Shown here: positions 59,236 to 64,000 of the stretch, piece by piece
How positions within the stretch are numbered: the first letter of the stretch is position 1
Layout: each line of letters starts with the position of its first letter
Source of the DNA: Candidatus Latescibacterota bacterium
Lineage (GTDB): Bacteria > Latescibacterota > UBA2968 > UBA8231
Direction of reading: 5' to 3'
Assembly: GCA_965215195.1 (NCBI GenBank)
Contig: CBDCDC010000002.1
Location: 832,001 to 896,000 of the forward strand
DNA length: 64,000 bases
Made by a program: the position numbers and the translations under genes
The notes under the pieces: generated by a model
What the model was told of the DNA's origin: nothing
Databases searched by the model: none
The model's input: the letters and a program-made list of their open reading frames with translations, nothing else

Positions 59236-59276
59236 AAAAAGGCCGTTCCTTTTGGGAACGGCCTTTTTATTTTTTT
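59236..59276. terminator. Bidirectional intrinsic terminator
   Basis: AAAAAGGCCGTTCC-loop-GGAACGGCCTTTTT followed by a T-run. Confidence 0.88.
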
Positions 59277-59297
59277 GGCATATCCAAGCGCGTTCTA

Positions 59298-60425
59298 CTA
59301 CCCCTCTTCCACGACCCGGTCCAGTTCCAAGCTCAAGGCGTCAGCCAGCAAAAATCCCGTCCGAGTCAAACGCAATCTCCGGCCTTCGAGCGCGGCGTAT
59401 CCAACTTTCTCCAGATCGGCAAAGCACCTGCTGCTATGCACACGGCCGACCTCCTCCTCGGTCAATTCAATCCCCTCTATGGTGCGCAAACCCAGCCATA
59501 GACGTTCCCTGCGGGCCACGTCCGGGGCTATGGTCTCCTCCCCTGCACACGGCGTCCGGCCTTGGTCCATAGCGTCGAGGTAGGCATTGAGATCGCACGT
59601 ATTCCAAAATCGCTTCCCGCTGATGAAGCTATGGGCCCCAAGACCGACACCTAAGTAAGGAATCCCTGTCCAGTAGCCCCAGTTGTGGCGCGAGCGGTAC
59701 CCAAGACGGGCATAGTTCGAAATCTCGTAGTGTTCATAGCCAGCCGCCACCAACTGCGCGTCGGTCCACTCCAAGGTGCGAGCCTGCCGGTCATCCGCGA
59801 CGGGTCTCAGCAGGCCCTGCCGCTGTCGTTGGGCAAAGATCGTACCTTCTTCAATCGTGAGGCTATAGACCGAAAGGTGCTCTGGGGCCAAGGCAATAGC
59901 CCGCTCAACGCTAAAGTGCCAATTGGCCTCTGGGACTTTAGGTACATTGGCCACCAAGTCCAAGCTCACATTGGCAAAACCGGCCGCTCTGGCCGCTGCA
60001 TACGCCCTTTCGACATCAGCCGCGCTATGCTGCCGACCTAAGTGCTGCAAATCGGCATCGCGAAAAGCCTGTGCACCAATGCTTATGCGATTGCATCCCA
60101 GTGCCTTTAGCATTGCGAATTTCTCGCGGTCAACGGTCTTAGGGTTGACTTCAACCGCAATTTCCACGTCTGAATGTAGCCCTAAATGTCGCTGAGCCGC
60201 CTCGAGCATCTGCCCAATTAGCGCCGGCTCAATTTGGCTAGGGGTGCCGCCGCCCAAGAACACAGTCTCCACCGGCCCCGATAAATGAGCCCAAGACTCA
60301 ATTTCGCGGCAGATCGCCTCGGCATATGGGCCGTGGCGATCTCCTTGGCCAACGACTGTAGCAAAGGCGCAGTAGGGACAGCGTTGGGGACAAAATGGTA
60401 CGTGGATATAGAGACCCAACGCCAT
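59298..60425 (-). CDS. hemW: Radical SAM heme chaperone HemW
   Basis: YIHVPFCPQRCPYCAF, GGGTPS, HYEISNY..SRHN..YW; downstream of lepA. Confidence 0.9.
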   Translation of the reverse strand: MALGLYIHVPFCPQRCPYCAFATVVGQGDRHGPYAEAICREIESWAHLSGPVETVFLGGGTPSQIEPALIGQMLEAAQRHLGLHSDVEIAVEVNPKTVDREKFAMLKALGCNRISIGAQAFRDADLQHLGRQHSAADVERAYAAARAAGFANVSLDLVANVPKVPEANWHFSVERAIALAPEHLSVYSLTIEEGTIFAQRQRQGLLRPVADDRQARTLEWTDAQLVAAGYEHYEISNYARLGYRSRHNWGYWTGIPYLGVGLGAHSFISGKRFWNTCDLNAYLDAMDQGRTPCAGEETIAPDVARRERLWLGLRTIEGIELTEEEVGRVHSSRCFADLEKVGYAALEGRRLRLTRTGFLLADALSLELDRVVEEG

Positions 60426-60515
60426 TATTTACTTTGGCTCATTATGGGTAGGAGGCCCCGTATGGCCGGCCCTCATATAGCCTTCATCGCACTCAACGGC
60501 CCCAGGAACAAAAAA

Positions 60516-62312
60516 TCAGGCTTCCATCTTGAGCGCGGCCAAAAACGCTTCTTGGGGAATTTCCACCTTCCCAAACTGCTTCATGCGCTTCTTGCCTTCC
60601 TTCTGCCTTTCGAGCAATTTGCGTTTGCGGGTCACATCACCGCCATAGCATTTGGCCGTCACATTTTTGCGGAACGGCTTGACCACCTCGCGGGCGATCA
60701 CCTTACTCCCCACCGCCCCTTGGATGACCACCTCAAACATCTGCCGTGGGATCAGCTCCTTGAGCTTAGTGCAGAGCTGCCGGCCCCACTCATAGGCCTT
60801 GTCTCGATGGATGATCACTGAGAGCGCGTCCAACGGCTCGCCGTTGATCATAATATCCAGCTTAGACAGCAGGCCGGCCCGCATCTCCAGATGCTCGTAA
60901 TCGAATGACGCATAGCCCCGCGACACCGACTTGAGGCGATCGTAGAAGTCGATCACTACTTCGGCTAAAGGCATCTCAAAGCTCAGGATGGCCCGGCTGC
61001 CGTCGAGATACTCGGTATTGCGATAGCTCCCGCGCCGGTCAGTGCAAATTCTCATCACTGCACCGATATAATCCCTCGGCACCAAGATCTGGACGGCGAG
61101 AATCGGCTCGCGCACCTCGTCGATCTCAGCGGCAGGCGGCAACAAGGAGGGATTGTCCACGTCGATCATTTGTCCGTCTTTGGTCAGAATCTCGTAGAGC
61201 ACATTGGGGAGGGTTGTGATGATTTCGACTTGGTACTCGCGGTCGAGACGCTCCTGTACGATCTCCATGTGCAGCAGGCCTAGGAAGCCGCAGCGAAAAC
61301 CAAATCCCAATGCTGGAGAGGTTTCCGGCTCATAGGAGAAAGCAGCGTCGTTGAGCTTGAGCCGTTCTAAGGCGTCGCGCAGCACCTCGTATTCCTCTGG
61401 GACAACGGGATAGAGACCGCTGAAAACCATGGGTTTGAGTGGTTGGTACCCGGACAACGGCTCTACTTCCATCGCTGCATCAACGACCGTATCACCGACG
61501 TGAGCCTCGGCCAGCTCTTTGATTCCAGCGATGAAATAGCCGACTTCACCGGTCTCAAGTGTTTGGGCCGGCACCCGATTTAAGACCAAGTGGCCGACTT
61601 CTTCGACTTCGTAGAGCCGTCCGGTGGAGTAGAAGCGAATTTTCTGCCCCTTGTGGATGAGCCCGTCAACGACTCGGATAAAGCAAATTACGCCTCGGTA
61701 CTGGTCGTAGAGCGAGTCAAAAACTAGTGCCCGCAACGGCCCCTGCTGACGCCCGGTCGGCGCTGGTATACGGTCGATAATGGCTTCCATCACCTCCTCG
61801 ACTCCAGTCCCCTCCTTGGCGCTGATTTGCAAAATATCCTCGGCTTCTCCCCCCAACAGATCGAGTACCTGCTGTTGCACCGCCGCGACCTGAGCAGCGG
61901 GCATATCGATTTTGTTGAGCACCGGAATGACGACCAAGTCGCTGTTTAGCGCCAATAGCAAATTGCTCACGGTCTGGGCTTCCACGCCTTGGGTGGCATC
62001 GACGACCAATATCGCCCCTTCGCAGGCGGCCAAACTACGCGACACCTCATAGGTAAAATCCACGTGTCCCGGCGTGTCGATCAAGTTGAATTGGCAGATT
62101 CTACCGTCGGCCGCCTGATGGTGCATTCGCACGGCATGGGCCTTGATTGTAATGCCCCGCTCGCGCTCTAAATCCATGTTGTCGAGTACCTGCTCCTGCA
62201 TCTGCTTGGCGGTCAGGGTCGCAGTTTTTTCAAGCAGGCGGTCCGCTAGCGTTGATTTGCCGTGATCAATGTGGGCAATGATGGAGAAATTGCGAATCTG
62301 CGCGATATCCAT
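60516..62312 (-). CDS. lepA: Elongation factor 4
   Basis: IAHIDHGKSTLADR, DTPGHVDF, GFRCGFLGLLH, KCYGGDVTRKRKLL. Confidence 0.98.
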   Translation of the reverse strand: MDIAQIRNFSIIAHIDHGKSTLADRLLEKTATLTAKQMQEQVLDNMDLERERGITIKAHAVRMHHQAADGRICQFNLIDTPGHVDFTYEVSRSLAACEGAILVVDATQGVEAQTVSNLLLALNSDLVVIPVLNKIDMPAAQVAAVQQQVLDLLGGEAEDILQISAKEGTGVEEVMEAIIDRIPAPTGRQQGPLRALVFDSLYDQYRGVICFIRVVDGLIHKGQKIRFYSTGRLYEVEEVGHLVLNRVPAQTLETGEVGYFIAGIKELAEAHVGDTVVDAAMEVEPLSGYQPLKPMVFSGLYPVVPEEYEVLRDALERLKLNDAAFSYEPETSPALGFGFRCGFLGLLHMEIVQERLDREYQVEIITTLPNVLYEILTKDGQMIDVDNPSLLPPAAEIDEVREPILAVQILVPRDYIGAVMRICTDRRGSYRNTEYLDGSRAILSFEMPLAEVVIDFYDRLKSVSRGYASFDYEHLEMRAGLLSKLDIMINGEPLDALSVIIHRDKAYEWGRQLCTKLKELIPRQMFEVVIQGAVGSKVIAREVVKPFRKNVTAKCYGGDVTRKRKLLERQKEGKKRMKQFGKVEIPQEAFLAALKMEA

Positions 62313-62355
62313 ACAGTTTAGTCGGTAAGATTAGTTCGAAGAACTCGGCAAGCAG

Positions 62356-62994
62356 TCAAGAGATGCGCTGGCGATATAGACTTTTGTCGACCACGCTAGC
62401 CATTTGCCGCACATCTAAGGGGAGAGCGAGAAAGGTCTTGATCTCGCGACTCGTGGCAAGCGGGTCGCGCAAGACAGCGGCGTAGTTGACATAGAGCACC
62501 TCCATTTGCGGGTGCTCCGCCAACCATTGTTGCACTGCACTCAAGTGCCGAACGAAAGCGGCGGCCATCTCGGCATCCGAAATCTGATCGCAGGGCTGTC
62601 CTCGCCGCGCCAACATCGCCCGCTGCGAAGCTAAAATCTCGTCCATTTTCCGGAGGGCGAATACTATTTTGTACCGCTTGTGGACCGGCAATTGGTCGAG
62701 TAATTGGGATATGACCTTGACGGCTTTACCTTTCGCCGATTCGAGCCATGTAGTGTCTTTTTTTAGCTGCTTGACCTTCTCGAATTCGTAATACCCCCCG
62801 GGATTGTCGGCGTCGGCCGTGCGAATGCCATCTGTTAGAGGCGGCAAGCCGCCTGCATCCAACATCTTCATCAGCATTGAGGTACCAGAACGGGGCAGAC
62901 CGGACACAATAGTTATGTACTCGTCCGGCTGTAGAAGTGAGGTAGGATGAGAATGCAAAGTAGAGAAGAGACGGGCCACAACACGATACGACAC
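62356..62994 (-). CDS. Sulfotransferase family protein
   Basis: SGLPRSGTSM PAPS loop, DNPGGYYE, LASQ; start uncertain. Confidence 0.8.
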   Translation of the reverse strand: MSYRVVARLFSTLHSHPTSLLQPDEYITIVSGLPRSGTSMLMKMLDAGGLPPLTDGIRTADADNPGGYYEFEKVKQLKKDTTWLESAKGKAVKVISQLLDQLPVHKRYKIVFALRKMDEILASQRAMLARRGQPCDQISDAEMAAAFVRHLSAVQQWLAEHPQMEVLYVNYAAVLRDPLATSREIKTFLALPLDVRQMASVVDKSLYRQRIS

Positions 62995-63051
62995 ACGCTT
63001 CCAAAGCCTAGCTCCGGAAGCGTGTGTCGTGTGCTACATGGTGTGAATCAA

Positions 63052-63999
63052 TTAAAAGACCAGACGTCCACGCAACAGGAGGCCGTGCTCAGCGGTGCTG
63101 GCCATGCGCTGCCAGCGCGTACTCTCAAGGCTCACTGACAGCGACGAATCCACCTCAAAGCGCGTACCTAAGCGCAACTGCATTTGCGCTGGTGCTTGAG
63201 TCATCCCGCTGTACACAGTGTACAATCCCCGACCACCGGGCGCGGCTAAACCATAGCCAACCTCGGCTCTGAGCTGGCCTTGCGCGTTCACAGTACCCCG
63301 GTCCGCTATCTCGGCTACACTGCGTTCCCACAGCGTCAGGCTGTTCGCCTGCGTACCGTAGGTTGGCATCACCCGCAACGACAACCCTCGACCCCCGGTG
63401 CCAGCCGAGCGCTGGAGCAGCAAATGCGCTCCCCATTCTTTATACTCGACCTCGTCGTCGCCGTCACTTACCAGACTCCTCGCCATAGCTGCCAGCGTGA
63501 AGCCACCTCCCTCATAGCGCAGGCCACCGCCAACTTCTACGCCGGCCCCGGTCTGTCCGTCGCCGCCATCTTGGCGCAGGGCAACCTCTAACTCGGGGGT
63601 CACCTGCCCATCCATACCCGCTTCGTAAGCATGGGAACCTTTGAGTGCCAGCCTCAAGCGGTTAGCACTCACCGTCTGTTCGGCGATCCGGTTTCCTTTT
63701 CCATTCTCGACTGCTCCACCCTCGACTTCGACCTGTGCTACAGTAGCAGCAGCCTTGATCCGCAACTGAGTTGGCCCGCTAGCGAGCAAGTCACCGCTAG
63801 CCCCTACACTTGCAGTCCGCAGCGACGTATCGCTCGACTGCTGGCCTACGGTTCCCTGTTCGTCGTCAATATCGAGGTTGCCGCGCCCTAAGCCCGCTGT
63901 CAACCAGACCCCCAACCGCCCCGGCGAGAACCCGACATAAGGATGCAGGCTCAACATGCGGGTCGTATAAGTACCGTCGACTCGCTCTTCGCCGAGCAA
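63052..63999 (-). CDS. Autotransporter beta-barrel domain (gene 5' part lies outside the window)
   Basis: RQDGGDGQTGAGVEVGGGLRY, AEVGYG, terminal GRLVF; runs off the window end. Confidence 0.8.
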   Translation of the reverse strand: MLGEERVDGTYTTRMLSLHPYVGFSPGRLGVWLTAGLGRGNLDIDDEQGTVGQQSSDTSLRTASVGASGDLLASGPTQLRIKAAATVAQVEVEGGAVENGKGNRIAEQTVSANRLRLALKGSHAYEAGMDGQVTPELEVALRQDGGDGQTGAGVEVGGGLRYEGGGFTLAAMARSLVSDGDDEVEYKEWGAHLLLQRSAGTGGRGLSLRVMPTYGTQANSLTLWERSVAEIADRGTVNAQGQLRAEVGYGLAAPGGRGLYTVYSGMTQAPAQMQLRLGTRFEVDSSLSVSLESTRWQRMASTAEHGLLLRGRLVF

Positions 64000-64000
64000 C

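Noticed and set aside
1-64000. CRISPR array, rRNA, IS elements, riboswitches
   Set aside because: No spaced direct repeats, transposase motifs or recognisable RNA motifs seen by eye; a covariance-model scan was not possible

Overview
GC-rich bacterial chromosomal window with about 55 genes. The gene mix (FlgD-Ig exported protein, CRTAC1/ASPIC protein, two PhyH dioxygenases, three enolase-superfamily enzymes, Gfo/Idh/MocA oxidoreductases, sulfotransferase, autotransporter barrel) suggests an FCB-group organism such as Latescibacterota or a sponge-symbiont lineage; this is inference only. Housekeeping genes include ispG, argG, mdh, lepA, hemW, an RpoD-family sigma factor, tRNA-Lys(UUU) and tRNA-Tyr(GUA). 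Several defence or modification cassettes sit among the metabolic genes with no integrase or transposase in the window: (i) a 10.7-kb three-gene effector (NERD-pseudokinase-kinase-ATPase; DndG/MAD7-like protein; PD-(D/E)xK nuclease-HerA ATPase) resembling mad6-7-8 of MADS or DndFGH, but with no adjacent methylase, specificity or PT-modification genes; (ii) an orphan M.BglI-like m4C methyltransferase; (iii) a C5 methyltransferase plus GIY-YIG nuclease behind a ruined vapBC; (iv) an MNT-HEPN pair; (v) a YgiT zinc-finger-HEPN chimera; (vi) a cluster of broken hicAB-type modules. Also noted are an uncharacterised MotA/ExbB-ExbD-like locus facing two coiled-coil envelope genes, and an apparent depletion of CCWGG with excess of its deamination products. 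No CRISPR array or rRNA was seen. All family assignments come from motif recognition by eye, not database searches.
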